Below are positions 45,030 through 57,062 of a stretch of 64,000 nt of DNA, one piece after another; the stretch's first letter is position 1, and every line of letters begins with the position of its first letter. The DNA is taken from assembly GCA_963803805.1 (NCBI GenBank), contig CAWDOD010000010.1, forward strand, positions 192,001-256,000, in the 5' to 3' direction. The notes under the pieces were generated by a model. It saw nothing but the letters and a program-made list of their open reading frames with translations, was not told where the DNA came from and made no database searches. This DNA comes from an uncultured cyanobacterium (GTDB taxonomy: Bacteria > Cyanobacteriota > Cyanobacteriia > Cyanobacteriales > CAWCAG01). The position numbers and the translations under genes were made by a program.

Positions 45030-45102
45030 TATCTAGAACAGAAGAGCTTTTCTTTGTGAGCCATGTTTATTGGTTATAGCTTAGAACAGTATAAATCAAC
45101 CA

Positions 45103-45960
45103 CTAAATTGAGCCGTGATCATGATCTGGTTTTGAGGAAGCTTTTCCTTCTAACAAATCTACTAGTAATAAATTTCTTCTCTCTTTTTTACGCTTTTCTA
45201 TACGTTGTCGTAGAGAATTTTCTTGCTTTTGTTTTTCATGGGAAGCCACCCAAGATAAGGTAATTGAAAGAGCAACTAAACTAAAAAACATAGCGATAAA
45301 TACTTCTGCCATCACCACAGTTTTTGCCAATAAAGAAACAGGATGAATATCTCCGTAACCAACGGTAGAAAAAGTGATTACTGAAAAGTAAATTGAGAGT
45401 AAACCATCTCTTAATCCCCAAAAATGCTCTGGATTAGAACGAAACATTTCTGCATAGAGACTAGAGAAACCAACAATAACAGTTAAAAAGCCGAGAAATA
45501 AAAATAGAAGGAGAAAATGTAATTGGTTAATAGAAGGAACAAATTGATATTCAAAAAACTTTTTGCCATCTTGTTGTAATTCGCATTCTAATTCTGAACC
45601 TGCACCAACAATAAGTTCTGTGACAATTAAAATAACTAGAGTCAATCCACAAATAATGCTTGCACTAGAAGCAATTAAATCAGGCCAAGAAAAGTTATTT
45701 TGAGGAAAGATAGGGATAAAAGTAATGCGAAGGCAACAGAGTAAAATGACGCCTGCTGCGATCGCTAAAGACTTGCGAGATAAAATCAGGTTGCTATGGC
45801 GGCTACTTTGCTGACAAGCAATTAATTTTGCTTCTTTGTTCTCTGTTAAAGAAGAATCTTCTAACCTGTCTAAGAGTAAATATTCAATTAGCTGACTTAA
45901 TTTATCTTCCCCTAGTAAATCTTGGAGCTTCTTTTTCAAGGCTTGGTCTTTGTCAGTCAT
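45103..45960 (-). CDS. potassium channel family protein
   Basis: YFSVITFSTVGYGDIHP selectivity filter. Confidence 0.88.
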   Translation of the reverse strand: MTDKDQALKKKLQDLLGEDKLSQLIEYLLLDRLEDSSLTENKEAKLIACQQSSRHSNLILSRKSLAIAAGVILLCCLRITFIPIFPQNNFSWPDLIASSASIICGLTLVILIVTELIVGAGSELECELQQDGKKFFEYQFVPSINQLHFLLLFLFLGFLTVIVGFSSLYAEMFRSNPEHFWGLRDGLLSIYFSVITFSTVGYGDIHPVSLLAKTVVMAEVFIAMFFSLVALSITLSWVASHEKQKQENSLRQRIEKRKKERRNLLLVDLLEGKASSKPDHDHGSI

Positions 45961-46056
45961 ATCTATAAAACAAAATATAAAAATTATTTAAACTTAGCTA
46001 TTTTTAATGATAGAATAAAATATTATCTTAATAGTAATATAGACTACCGCCAAGCA

Positions 46057-46503
46057 GTGACCAACAAAACAAACTCCCTGCCTGAAGGCCCTGGAATTGC
46101 CCTCTCATTCCTCTATTATTTTTCCACCACAACCATGATTGTGGCCTTTTTCTGTTCCCAAAGTCTTGGTACAGGTATGCTCTCTCCCCTTCCCTATCGT
46201 TACGGCATGATTTGTGGTGTTTTAACAGGAACCATCGGGGCTTATTTAAACCGTAGCAAGACTATTTCCACTTCCTTGAAAACGAGCCGTGCCAAGCAAG
46301 AATTCAGTAAAAAACTGCAACAAACTTTAGTAGAAATGGGATTTGAAGAAAAGTATAGAGAAGAAGACTATACTATTTATGGTAAATCTTCTCTCAGCTC
46401 ATTCTTCACCGGGAAAGTATTCGCTCAAATCGACAAGAAAGAAGCCACAATCATTGGCAGAGCGACAGATTTGAAGAAGTTGAGTAAAAAGTTGGAGATT
46501 TGA
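46057..46503 (+). CDS. hypothetical membrane protein (likely GTG start at 46057)
   Basis: FLYYFS and GAYLNRS segments; the longer ORF start overlaps the divergent gene. Confidence 0.65.
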   Translation: MTNKTNSLPEGPGIALSFLYYFSTTTMIVAFFCSQSLGTGMLSPLPYRYGMICGVLTGTIGAYLNRSKTISTSLKTSRAKQEFSKKLQQTLVEMGFEEKYREEDYTIYGKSSLSSFFTGKVFAQIDKKEATIIGRATDLKKLSKKLEI

Positions 46504-46599
46504 AGGGAGTAGGGAATAGCGTTTGGCAAAAGTAATAAGTAATAAGTTAAGAAGATGGTTTCGCTCATTTGTTATCAACTAACCATTAGCAACTAGCAA

Positions 46600-47646
46600 C
46601 TAGCCATTAGCCATTAGCAAATCTTCCGGTTTAAATGCACCTTTTTCAGTAATAATCCCTGTAATTAAATTTGCTGGAGTAACATCGAACGCGGGATTAT
46701 AATAATCAACCCCTTCAGGACATATTGTCGTAGTGCCAATTTGATAAATTTCTCGCTCATCTCTTTCTTCAATAGGAATTTCTTCCCCCCCAGCTAGCTT
46801 AAAATCAACGGTAGACAATGGTGCAGCCACAAAGAAAGGGACATCATGGGCTTTGGCTAACACTGCTAAACCGTAAGTACCAATTTTATTCGCTGCATCG
46901 CCGTTTGCAGCAATGCGATCTGCCCCCACAACCACTGCATCAATCAACCCTTGCTTCAGACAATGGGCAGCCATATTATCAGTAATAACTGTCACCGGAA
47001 TCCCTTCTTGAACACATTCCCAGGCTGTTAATTTAGCCCCTTGCAGACGAGGACGAGTCTCATCAGCATAAACCCTAGCTAGCCTGTTTTCCCGCCAAGC
47101 AGAGCGAATTACCCCTAATGCTGTACCATAACCAGCCGTAGCTAAAGCCCCGGCGTTGCAATGGGTAAGAATAGTTAACTGTGAAGGAGTAGGAGGTAAA
47201 ACTTCTAAGGCGCGATCGCCTATTTGCCTACAAGTGGATAAATCTTCTGTTTGAATAGTTTGGGCTGTTTTGAGTAATGCTGCTTTTATTTCTGCTACAG
47301 AACCTGGAGTTATTTTAGCTTGTTGTAACATCCGTTCAATAGCCCAAAACAAGTTTACTGCGGTGGGGCGAGTCTGACGTAACTTTTGAGCAACTTCTTC
47401 TAATTCAGCTAAAAACAAATCTCGCTTTTCGGTGGCAATTTCTGTTGCCCCCAAATACATTCCATAAGCAGCCGCCACACCAATAGCCGGCGCACCCCGT
47501 ACAATCATCGTTTTAATTGCCTTAGCCATTTCTAAACTACTTTTGATGGCAATGGTTGTATATTCTTGAGGCAATTTGGTTTGATCAATCAGTACAACCT
47601 GATCTTCTTGCCAAATTACCGGATAAATTGTTTTAGTATGATTCAT
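46600..47646 (-). CDS. mtnA: methylthioribose-1-phosphate isomerase
   Basis: [42 protein letters not shown]. Confidence 0.96.
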   Translation of the reverse strand: MNHTKTIYPVIWQEDQVVLIDQTKLPQEYTTIAIKSSLEMAKAIKTMIVRGAPAIGVAAAYGMYLGATEIATEKRDLFLAELEEVAQKLRQTRPTAVNLFWAIERMLQQAKITPGSVAEIKAALLKTAQTIQTEDLSTCRQIGDRALEVLPPTPSQLTILTHCNAGALATAGYGTALGVIRSAWRENRLARVYADETRPRLQGAKLTAWECVQEGIPVTVITDNMAAHCLKQGLIDAVVVGADRIAANGDAANKIGTYGLAVLAKAHDVPFFVAAPLSTVDFKLAGGEEIPIEERDEREIYQIGTTTICPEGVDYYNPAFDVTPANLITGIITEKGAFKPEDLLMANG

Positions 47647-47759
47647 AGTAATATTCTCCGTTTACCCAAGTTACAAAACAAATCTAATTGTCCCTTCTTT
47701 GAGTCGCGCTTAACAGAAGTTAAATAAGAAGATGAGAGAAAAGCTGTTAATTGATAATC

Positions 47760-48044
47760 TTATGATTCAGCATCATGTATTTCTCGTCCTAAAGCCAAAG
47801 TTAACTTGGCACAGAGGACTGTAATCCAACCTATCCAAATCCTCTCATCAATCTTACCAAACAATAATAGACCACTTGGTTCTACCGAAGCCGAGATATA
47901 CTGCTCGTCCTCTTCAGTACCAAACCAGTAAGGATAGTCATGACTATCAACCCAACCATCCATTTCCTGATAGACAGTACTAACTTTTTCCCAATCAGAA
48001 TCAGAAAGGTTATAGGGTAGATTTAGGGTTATTGTTTGTTTCAT
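47760..48044 (-). CDS. hypothetical protein
   Basis: 94-aa Trp/acidic-rich ORF; no family recognised. Confidence 0.6.
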   Translation of the reverse strand: MKQTITLNLPYNLSDSDWEKVSTVYQEMDGWVDSHDYPYWFGTEEDEQYISASVEPSGLLLFGKIDERIWIGWITVLCAKLTLALGREIHDAES

Positions 48045-48331
48045 ATTTACGCACTTCGTAGAGTGAAAATGGGAACGACATTTTTTCTGTTAGCCTCACG
48101 CTTTTTTTATTCGATATTACTAGTAAAAAGCGGCAGATCAATTCCCTATAGCCTAACGGCAACGTTTCACGAACGCATAGCGTCTCCGTAGGAGATGCCC
48201 TACCCTAACAGATAAGTCATGCCGCCTGTGCAGGATTCGGCATAAATATCCTTCGGACTCAAAAAGATTCTTAAAGATACTTTTTTTTTGCCCCTGAAGC
48301 CTTATCCTAAATCCGGAGACTGAATCTTTGA

Positions 48332-49633
<1,302 letters not shown>

Positions 49634-49643
49634 TACTATTTTT

Positions 49644-49810
49644 GGCGTTGCTGATTTAAGGTATGAATCCGAAGATGATACTGCTCGTTGTTGGTTGTTA
49701 GTTTAGTCTGGCGACAAGGAAATGCGCCTATAGCTAGGAAGCTAACTTTTACACCTGCATCTGAGATTATCAAAGTAATTCGTTTTTTCATACCTCTATC
49801 CAGCAACGCC
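49644..49810. mobile_element. MITE-like element, family B
   Basis: GGCGTTGCTG...GGTATGAA / TTCATACC...CAGCAACGCC terminal inverted repeats; related arms at 27967, 28105 and 28807. Confidence 0.75.
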
Positions 49811-49893
49811 CCATTTTCTTCCTCTTGTATAAAGGGATCACTTGGTTTAGAAAAGCGTATACTTATTAAGCCAAATTCCTGAAATTTGGCTGC

Positions 49894-50730
49894 TTATATG
49901 CCGTCAATGAAACCAGGTTGCAAGTCAAAGGAATATTTATAGGTGGGGAGTTTGGCTACTTTTTGATAGCCAAAAGCTGATACCCAATCAGCATATTCTT
50001 GAGTGAAGACTGCTCCTTCAGTGAGTTCAATAATGTCTGTCAATCCTTTTCTTGTCCCTTGGTCGTCAACAAAGGCTGTCCAAGAAAAACTGCTAAAGAT
50101 ATCGTATTTGTTGTTCGCGTATTCAGCAATTAAGAAGGTATCGAAGTTGAATGTTTGAGCAAAACCAGTACTCGAATTAGGAGAGTCGTTTAATAATAGT
50201 TCTGATGGAGTTAAACCATCTGGTGAAGTTGTTAAATGCTTTTCAAGAAGTCCATTCTCAAAAAAGAGTTTTCCATCAGGCAGTTCAAAAACTCCTCCTG
50301 GTCTTGGGTTAGCTTGTGACAGATTGCTAGGTTTGCTTTCATCCCAATACCAAGGTTTGTTATCTGCCCATTGAATACCAAGCCCTCCTGGGGGTGGCTC
50401 GACCAGAGGATCTACTATTCCTGGAGTATTGGGGTCTATGCTTACTATTTGCAACCAGTTAATACCTATTGCTCCGTTAAGAGTGTTTTGTAAGAAATCT
50501 GTATAAGACTCATTTGTCGTCGTGGTAAAGCTAGCAGTAATTCCAAAACCCCCTGCCTGTCTGGTACTGGGTGTAACCTCAACAAGCAAATCTCCAACCT
50601 TACTATTCTCTACTATTGGATCGAAGCTGATATCATCTCCTACCTTCAAGGCTGCTCCCAAAGCTGAATAATTCGGTAGCAATATTGAAGAAAGTATGCT
50701 CAAACTGGTTAGAATTGTTGTTTGTTTCAT
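49894..50730 (-). CDS. secreted hypothetical protein (possibly C-terminally truncated)
   Basis: signal peptide; NWLQIV, PPPGG and WADNKPWYWDE motifs. Confidence 0.6.
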   Translation of the reverse strand: MKQTTILTSLSILSSILLPNYSALGAALKVGDDISFDPIVENSKVGDLLVEVTPSTRQAGGFGITASFTTTTNESYTDFLQNTLNGAIGINWLQIVSIDPNTPGIVDPLVEPPPGGLGIQWADNKPWYWDESKPSNLSQANPRPGGVFELPDGKLFFENGLLEKHLTTSPDGLTPSELLLNDSPNSSTGFAQTFNFDTFLIAEYANNKYDIFSSFSWTAFVDDQGTRKGLTDIIELTEGAVFTQEYADWVSAFGYQKVAKLPTYKYSFDLQPGFIDGI

Positions 50731-50786
50731 GTTGTTTATCCTAAATTTTTACAACTAAATTGGGCTGTAACAGTTTTATAAATCCG

Positions 50787-51581
50787 CTACTGACCAAATA
50801 TTCTCTCAGGAAACTTTTCTACGATCTTGCGAGTTTGCAGATCAAATTTTATTGCACCAGAAGCTATACTGCCATCATCCATATAGAAACGGGCATTTGA
50901 TACTAAATAGTACTTTGAATCATCAGAAAAAAGTCCAATTGTTCTTGGCTCAAGAGAAGGACGCTCAGCAATTTCTATCTCACTACAGCTTTGGAGATCA
51001 TAAAGTCCAGATGATAGTGGTGGTTCTTTATAATATTCACTCTCCGGCTCGAAAAAAACAACAAAAAGAACAGCTAAGTAACGACCATCTGGAGATAAGC
51101 GGAAATAACCATTTTCTAGTTGTTCTAGAATACTTCCTATTTGACATTTTGAATCTAATTCCGGATAACTATAAGTAAGAATTTGTTCTTCTTTCTCTAC
51201 ATAAGTAACCATTCTGTTGTTTTGCCCCTCAAAAAAGTTATACATCCGCCCTTCAACACGACCAATCTCTTCACCCGTTTCCAAGTTCCAGAAAACTGTC
51301 TGTTCTTTCTGTGCCGCAGCAATAGTTTTACCCTCATCTAAGATAAATGTTTCTTCTATTACTCCTCCTTCCTCGATCTGAAAAGTATTAACTACTTCCC
51401 CAGAATCAGCATCAACAACAGTGACTTTTCCTGCCTCGTCTCCACTAACTTGATAACGCTCTTCAGGATTTGCTTTAATAGGAATACTACTTAATCCCAA
51501 AAAAGTTGCTGCTATTAACAAAGCAGTAGAAGTGCGACGAAGATTTTCAGATAGTTTGTTTAAGTTGAACATAGCAAGCAT
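50787..51581 (-). CDS. secreted beta-propeller/WD40-like protein
   Basis: signal peptide; TVFWNLETGE, LSPDGRYLAV, FSDDSKY and FDLQTRKIV blade-like repeats. Confidence 0.65.
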   Translation of the reverse strand: MLAMFNLNKLSENLRRTSTALLIAATFLGLSSIPIKANPEERYQVSGDEAGKVTVVDADSGEVVNTFQIEEGGVIEETFILDEGKTIAAAQKEQTVFWNLETGEEIGRVEGRMYNFFEGQNNRMVTYVEKEEQILTYSYPELDSKCQIGSILEQLENGYFRLSPDGRYLAVLFVVFFEPESEYYKEPPLSSGLYDLQSCSEIEIAERPSLEPRTIGLFSDDSKYYLVSNARFYMDDGSIASGAIKFDLQTRKIVEKFPERIFGQ

Positions 51582-51996
51582 AATACCTTAATAAAAAAGG
51601 GAACAAGTAATAAATACTCTCTATTTTAGATGTCTTTAGTTTCAAGAAACTCCCTTAATTTGATTCCTATATCAAACTATAAAAACTGTATTTAATTTTC
51701 TTGAGAGGATTTACTTAAATTAGAATTTATTTGATTAAGAGATATCAATATTTTTTGTTGACTATACCTGGGGAAGATGAAAAGATTATTCTCTGTTTAG
51801 TAACTTATTAATCCCCAATCTTTTTCGCTTCTAAACTTTAACTAAACAAAATTCTACGAAAGGTGTATTCACCATACCTCTCCAGAAATCTTCATACAAA
51901 GGTGTACCAAATGAATCTATTGACGAGTTGTATGTCAAGCGAATCTGATAGATACTCAACTTTAAATAAGCGCGATCGCTGGCAACGGCAATCACT

Positions 51997-52086
51997 CTAA
52001 TGGCTAATGGCTAATGGCTAATGGCTAAGACGGGCGACCCAATTTAAACTCTGGTTTGTTGATAACATTTGGGAAACGGGTCGCCC
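51997..52086. repeat. (CTAATGG)x4 followed by a GGGCGACCC/GGGTCGCCC inverted repeat downstream of hom
   Basis: direct reading; arms at 52032-52040 and 52078-52086. Confidence 0.75.
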
Positions 52087-52093
52087 CTACCTC

Positions 52094-53392
52094 CTACAAC
52101 ACCCGTACAATACTCGGTACACTATTAATCGCTGCTAACTCCTGAATCTCTGCCATCGCTTGTCGGAAGTTTCCTTCCTTAACATCGTGGGTAACAACAA
52201 CAATTTCTGCTAACTTATTTTGAAAACCGATTTGGACAATGGATTCTAAACTAACTTGATGATTGCCGAAGCAGGTTCCTAAATGGCCAATTACACCAGG
52301 GTTATCTTCAGTGAGAAAGCGGACATAGAAGCGAGTAACCAGTTCTTCTATAGGAGTTACAGTAAAGTATTCTTGGTGGGAACAACTAAAGAGGGGGTGG
52401 TTTTGTTTAGTTTGGTTGCCACTATTTTTTAGGGTTGCCACAATGTTAAGGATATCGGACACTACAGCACTCGCCGTTGCACCTGCACCTGCACCAGGAC
52501 CAAAAAACATTACTTGTCCTAAAGGTTCCCCAGCCACTAAAATAGCATTGTAGACATCGTTGATGCTCGCTAAGGGATGGTCTTTAGGTAAGAAGGTGGG
52601 ATGTACCCTAACTTGAAGTTCTTTGCTTTGAGCATCTTCCCTTTGAGCGATCGCCAATAACTTAATCACAAAACCTAATTTATCTGCATAGGTAATATCT
52701 GCTGCACTGCAACCGCGAATGCCTTCACAATGAACCTCATCTAATTTGATGCGTCCTCCAAAAGCCAAGGAAGCGAGAATGGCAATTTTATCGGCGGCAT
52801 CTAAACCATCTACATCAGCAGTAGGATCTGCTTCGGCATAACCTAATCTTTGGGCATCTGCTAAAACTTCAGCAAAGTCAGCCCCTTCTGCTGTCATGCG
52901 GGTAAGAATATAGTTGGTTGTACCGTTAACAATGCCAATTATGCTATTAAGGCGGTTGACACCCAGGGATTGCTTCAAAGGTTGAATTACTGGAATTCCT
53001 CCCCCCACCGCAGCTTCTATAAAAACATAAACCCCAGCTTGATTAGCAGCAGTAAAAATTTCATCACCATAGCGGGAAATAACGGCTTTGTTAGCGGTGA
53101 CAATATGTTTACCTTTGGCTATAGCTTTGAGAATGAGCGATCGCGCTGGCTCTAATCCCCCAATTAATTCCACGATAATATCTACATCGGGATTGGTAAC
53201 GATACTCTCCAAATCATCACTGATCACTTCTGGAGGCAACTGTACCTTCCTAGCTTTAGAGAGCGATCGCACCCCACAAGCACTAATTTCAATCTCTTTT
53301 AATAAAGAATGGCGACCATCGGGACTCAACAAGATCTCGGCTGTCCCCGTACCCACCGTACCTAATCCTAGTAAACCAACTTTAAAAGTCAA
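52094..53392 (-). CDS. hom: homoserine dehydrogenase
   Basis: GLGTVG, TANKA, EAAVGGGIP, NGTTNYIL, GPGAG, C-terminal ACT domain. Confidence 0.96.
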   Translation of the reverse strand: MTFKVGLLGLGTVGTGTAEILLSPDGRHSLLKEIEISACGVRSLSKARKVQLPPEVISDDLESIVTNPDVDIIVELIGGLEPARSLILKAIAKGKHIVTANKAVISRYGDEIFTAANQAGVYVFIEAAVGGGIPVIQPLKQSLGVNRLNSIIGIVNGTTNYILTRMTAEGADFAEVLADAQRLGYAEADPTADVDGLDAADKIAILASLAFGGRIKLDEVHCEGIRGCSAADITYADKLGFVIKLLAIAQREDAQSKELQVRVHPTFLPKDHPLASINDVYNAILVAGEPLGQVMFFGPGAGAGATASAVVSDILNIVATLKNSGNQTKQNHPLFSCSHQEYFTVTPIEELVTRFYVRFLTEDNPGVIGHLGTCFGNHQVSLESIVQIGFQNKLAEIVVVTHDVKEGNFRQAMAEIQELAAINSVPSIVRVL

Positions 53393-53461
53393 AATAAATA
53401 TCCTTACTAATAGCTTTTTTACTCTAATACCATTTTGCCTAAGTCAATGATCAGTTATCAA

Positions 53462-53848
53462 TATTCTAGCGATGAGGCTAAAGAAACAGTGAAACAATTA
53501 TCTCAAGGTAAAGTTGATTTAGCTACTCTATTTTTTGGGGCAACGGAAGTAGCAAGGCGACACGCTTTGAAAGATTTATCTTTAAGGATACCTGGTCGTC
53601 CTGTGGTAGGTTTTATTTATATGTATATATTCTTAAAAGGCTTCTTAGATGGTAAAGCTGGTTTTGTTTGGTGTGTTTTACAAGCTTTTTATGAATATTT
53701 AATTACTCTTAAAGTTTGGGAAATACGTAACAATCAATCTTGCTTAACTGAGGAACGAAATAAACTAGATTATGATTTCCAGGAGTTACATTCTTTACCC
53801 TTAAAAGCTATTAGCCAAAAGGAGGATTTAAGTTTAAGTAATAATTGA
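53462..53848 (+). pseudogene. C-terminal remnant of a family 2 glycosyltransferase
   Basis: YSSDEA...GFLDGKAGFVWCVLQAFYEYLITLKVWE is a GT2 tail; no catalytic domain and no room for one. Confidence 0.65.
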
Positions 53849-53849
53849 G

Positions 53850-53883
53850 AAAAAAGTAGAGACGCTCAAAAAAACGTCTCTAC
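53850..53883 (-). terminator. hairpin terminator downstream of pirA
   Basis: GTAGAGACG...CGTCTCTAC stem with a T6 tail on the minus strand. Confidence 0.65.
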
Positions 53884-53909
53884 AAAAATAATCTCTTAAG
53901 TTTATTAGC

Positions 53910-54071
53910 TTAGTTAAGTTTAAGATAATCGAGTTCAGCTTCAATCTGACGAATTAAAGTTTCATCACCGTTGGCACGAGCTACTTCTAGGCGACGTTGG
54001 ATATTTTTGCGCAGAGATTCGCGATAGTTACTAGCAGCTTGTTGGATATGTTCGCGACGTATGTTTTTCAT
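53910..54071 (-). CDS. pirA: PII-interacting regulator of arginine synthesis, PirA-like (not in ORF track)
   Basis: MKNIRREHIQQAASNYRESLRKNIQRRLEVARANGDETLIRQIEAELDYLKLN resembles Ssr0692/PirA as I recall it. Confidence 0.8.
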   Translation of the reverse strand: MKNIRREHIQQAASNYRESLRKNIQRRLEVARANGDETLIRQIEAELDYLKLN

Positions 54072-54141
54072 ATTGAGCAGTTTTCGATAATTGATTTAAT
54101 TTGACAACATTTACATTAATATTAGCATTTCCTTGAGAAAG

Positions 54142-54157
54142 TGTAACCAATTTGACA
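54142..54157. promoter_or_regulatory. candidate NtcA site upstream of pirA
   Basis: TGTAACCAATTTGACA fits TGT-N10-ACA, with one mismatch to GTA-N8-TAC; TAATAT -10-like box at 54119-54124 on the minus strand. Confidence 0.55.
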
Positions 54158-54379
54158 GAAAATTAATATTTTTTCTTTTTTGCTTTATGCAACAGGGTTT
54201 ATACTGATGATTGATTAAGTTTTTGTTAAAATTCAATTAATTATCTTCTATTTGTGCTAAGCACCTCTTTGAGGTGAAACCCCTAGTACTAAACCAACCA
54301 ACTAAGACTAAAGTTACTCTTAGTAGTTTTAATAATAAATATTCAATAATCAAGTGTAATCATTTTTAACAAACTAAAC

Positions 54380-55456
54380 TTGGAGGGCAGAGTGTCTTTT
54401 AAACGCAAGTTACTATCAATTGATGGAGGGGGTATTCGAGGAATAATTCCGGCTAAAATTCTCGTAGAGATTGAAAAACGCACCCAAAAAAGAATCTTTG
54501 AACTCTTTGATTTAATTGCGGGAACTTCTACAGGAGGTATTCTTGCTTTAGGACTAACTGTACCAAACCAAAAAAACGAACTAAAACCTCGTTACACCGC
54601 AGAAGATTTACTTAATCTTTATCGTCAAGAAAGCAAAAATATTTTCTATGAACCTCTCCTAGAAAAAATGACCAGTGTTGATGATTTAGTTAGGCCTAAA
54701 TATTCCTCTGTGGGTAGAGATGAAGTCTTAGGTCAATATTTCGGCAACACTCCTGTTAAAAAAGCCCTGACAGAAGTTTTAGTTCCTAGCTATGATATTG
54801 AACAAAGATTGCCAGTATTCTTCACCAGTGATACAGGAAAACAAGAAACTCGTTCCCCACTTTTTCGGAAAATTCGTGATGGTTTCACCATGAAACAAGC
54901 AGCTATGGCAACTTCTGCTGCCCCTACTTATTTTAAGCCCTACCGAGTTCCTACTACCCAAACTCGCAGTGGTTTTTATACCTTAGTTGATGGGGGAGTA
55001 TTTGCGAATAATCCTACTGCTTTAGCGACTATTGAAGCAATTACCGACTTAAGAAAAACATCTAATCATCTTAACATTAATTCCATCCTCGTTGTCTCCC
55101 TTGGTACTGGTTCTCTTACTCGCGAATATGCCTATGAACAAGCAGAAAATTGGGGTTTGTTAGGCTGGGTTAGACCTTTACTTAATATTACCTTAGATGG
55201 TTCTAGCGAATCTGTTGCAGTACAAATGGCTCAACTTTTGCCACCAGCTTATGATCAGCCTCAACAATACTATCGTTTCCAACAATTCCTCGGTGCTAGT
55301 AATGATGATTTGGATGACACTGGCAATTATAATATTCAAAAACTAGAAGCCTTAGCTGAGCAAACGATTGCCGAAAAAACGGAAGAAATAGATGGTTTGT
55401 GCCAGCAACTTTTAGAAGCAGTAAACAATAAGAAAAGTGCTAACTCTTTTAAGTGA
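54380..55456 (+). CDS. patatin-like phospholipase
   Basis: DGGGIRG, GTSTG, SAAPTYF, DGGV. Confidence 0.92.
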   Translation: MEGRVSFKRKLLSIDGGGIRGIIPAKILVEIEKRTQKRIFELFDLIAGTSTGGILALGLTVPNQKNELKPRYTAEDLLNLYRQESKNIFYEPLLEKMTSVDDLVRPKYSSVGRDEVLGQYFGNTPVKKALTEVLVPSYDIEQRLPVFFTSDTGKQETRSPLFRKIRDGFTMKQAAMATSAAPTYFKPYRVPTTQTRSGFYTLVDGGVFANNPTALATIEAITDLRKTSNHLNINSILVVSLGTGSLTREYAYEQAENWGLLGWVRPLLNITLDGSSESVAVQMAQLLPPAYDQPQQYYRFQQFLGASNDDLDDTGNYNIQKLEALAEQTIAEKTEEIDGLCQQLLEAVNNKKSANSFK

Positions 55457-56228
55457 TTTTGGTTATCAAGATGTTTATGTTGGGGTAATGAAAGGTGTGA
55501 TCGCTACTATAAATCCTCAATTAAAAGTAGTAGATTTGACCCACAAAATATCTCCTCAAAATATTGCTGCGGGCAGGTTTGCTCTAATGAATGCTTACCC
55601 TTACTTCCCTACTGGTACAGTTCATGTTGCTGTCGTAGATCCAGGGGTAGGAAGTCAACGACGAGGTGTGGCGATTCAAATTGAAGAAGGTTTTCTCGTG
55701 GGGCCAGATAATGGTTTATTTAGTGGTATTCTTGCTAAATCTCCTGGTATAGCGGCGGTAGAATTAACGAATTCCCAATATTGGCGAGTACCTTTTCCTA
55801 GCCATACTTTTCATGGCAGAGATATTTTTGCTCCTGTAGGGGCGCATTTGGCTAAGGGAGCTGCTTTAAAAGAGTTAGGTAAGGAAGTTGATATCAATAG
55901 TTTAGTGCAGCTACCCCTGCAAAGCTATAAAAGTATGCCGGGAAAAATTATTGGTTATATTCAATATATTGACCATTTTGGTAATCTAATCACCAATATT
56001 CCTAGTACTGAAGTTAAGGATAAATCTTGGTTAATAGTAATTGGTAATCAGCGAATTCCTCTTACCCAAACCTATAGCGATCGCCCTGTAGGAAAACTTG
56101 TTAGTTTAATTGGTAGTCATGGTTGGCTAGAAGTTGCTGTTAATGGTGGCAGTGCTAAGGAAGTTTTAGGATTAAACTGGGGGGACAATATTAAACTAAT
56201 GAGTAATAACGATTATTTGCTTCCTTGA
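55437..56228 (+). CDS. SAM hydroxide adenosyltransferase / halogenase family (DUF62)
   Basis: LLSDFG, AVVDPGVGS, GPDNG, TFHGRDIF, DHFGN. Confidence 0.9.
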   Translation: MLTLLSDFGYQDVYVGVMKGVIATINPQLKVVDLTHKISPQNIAAGRFALMNAYPYFPTGTVHVAVVDPGVGSQRRGVAIQIEEGFLVGPDNGLFSGILAKSPGIAAVELTNSQYWRVPFPSHTFHGRDIFAPVGAHLAKGAALKELGKEVDINSLVQLPLQSYKSMPGKIIGYIQYIDHFGNLITNIPSTEVKDKSWLIVIGNQRIPLTQTYSDRPVGKLVSLIGSHGWLEVAVNGGSAKEVLGLNWGDNIKLMSNNDYLLP

Positions 56229-56233
56229 ATTTT

Positions 56234-57007
56234 CTACTTTTTTACTCCTAAAAAGAAAGGTAATCTTTTCTCCAATCCTAGACGTATATCTTCATTTTCT
56301 TGGGCATATAAAGCAACCGAAGTTCCTCCATCTAAGTTAATAGCAGTTATTGCTTTACCAGAGAAGACATTTAAACAGAGAATATACTCTGCTAAATCAG
56401 TTAGGGAATATAACTCTGTGGTTGCCAGAAAAAATACTTCTCCTGTTTCAGTTATACCTAAAACAGAGCGAAGATATTCTCCATCACCATTTAAGGAATT
56501 GTGGATATAATCTTTTTGAATTTGGTTATTTTTTAAAATAAGTGGCCCAGTTTGGAATTTAGTTGTTTGATCACTATTAGTCTTGTAGGTAGAACTAGGA
56601 TAGATATTAATTGTTTCTCCGATTTCTACAATATGAGTAACTTGAACATCATTAGGTACTATAGGCGCAATAAGTTCTCCCTTAATTTCCAAAAGTCCTG
56701 AGTGATTATAATCACTATGAAAATATCCTGCATTAATGGCAGTATTTAATTCATTAGTTTGGATAACTTCTTGGAAATTCTGTAAGTTCTGCCAATCTTC
56801 TTGGATATAAAGCTTCAACTCTACCTCGTTGAGGTAAAATAAAGACAAATAGATTCCATCTTCTTTATAAACATAAGTTTGAATGTCTCTTGGTGTCTGG
56901 AAGTTAGTATCTAAATTAATTTGAGATTGAGCCAAAATAGAAGGGAGTCCTCCCGATAAAAGCATTCCTAAACAGACAACAAAAAAGATAACAATATATT
57001 TTTTCAT
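56234..57007 (-). CDS. phosphodiester glycosidase (NAGPA) family protein
   Basis: AINAGYF, QTGPLI, RSVLG, AINLDGGTS. Confidence 0.85.
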   Translation of the reverse strand: MKKYIVIFFVVCLGMLLSGGLPSILAQSQINLDTNFQTPRDIQTYVYKEDGIYLSLFYLNEVELKLYIQEDWQNLQNFQEVIQTNELNTAINAGYFHSDYNHSGLLEIKGELIAPIVPNDVQVTHIVEIGETINIYPSSTYKTNSDQTTKFQTGPLILKNNQIQKDYIHNSLNGDGEYLRSVLGITETGEVFFLATTELYSLTDLAEYILCLNVFSGKAITAINLDGGTSVALYAQENEDIRLGLEKRLPFFLGVKK

Positions 57008-57062
57008 GGCCGACTCTATAAACTATAGTGATTTTATTTGAGGTATTAATAGAAATGACATC

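Noticed and set aside
54380-55456. Patatin as a CBASS CapV effector
   Set aside because: No CD-NTase or cap genes nearby; the neighbours are metabolic genes
55437-56228. Halogenase in a biosynthetic cluster
   Set aside because: No biosynthetic genes nearby; most DUF62 members are SAM hydrolases
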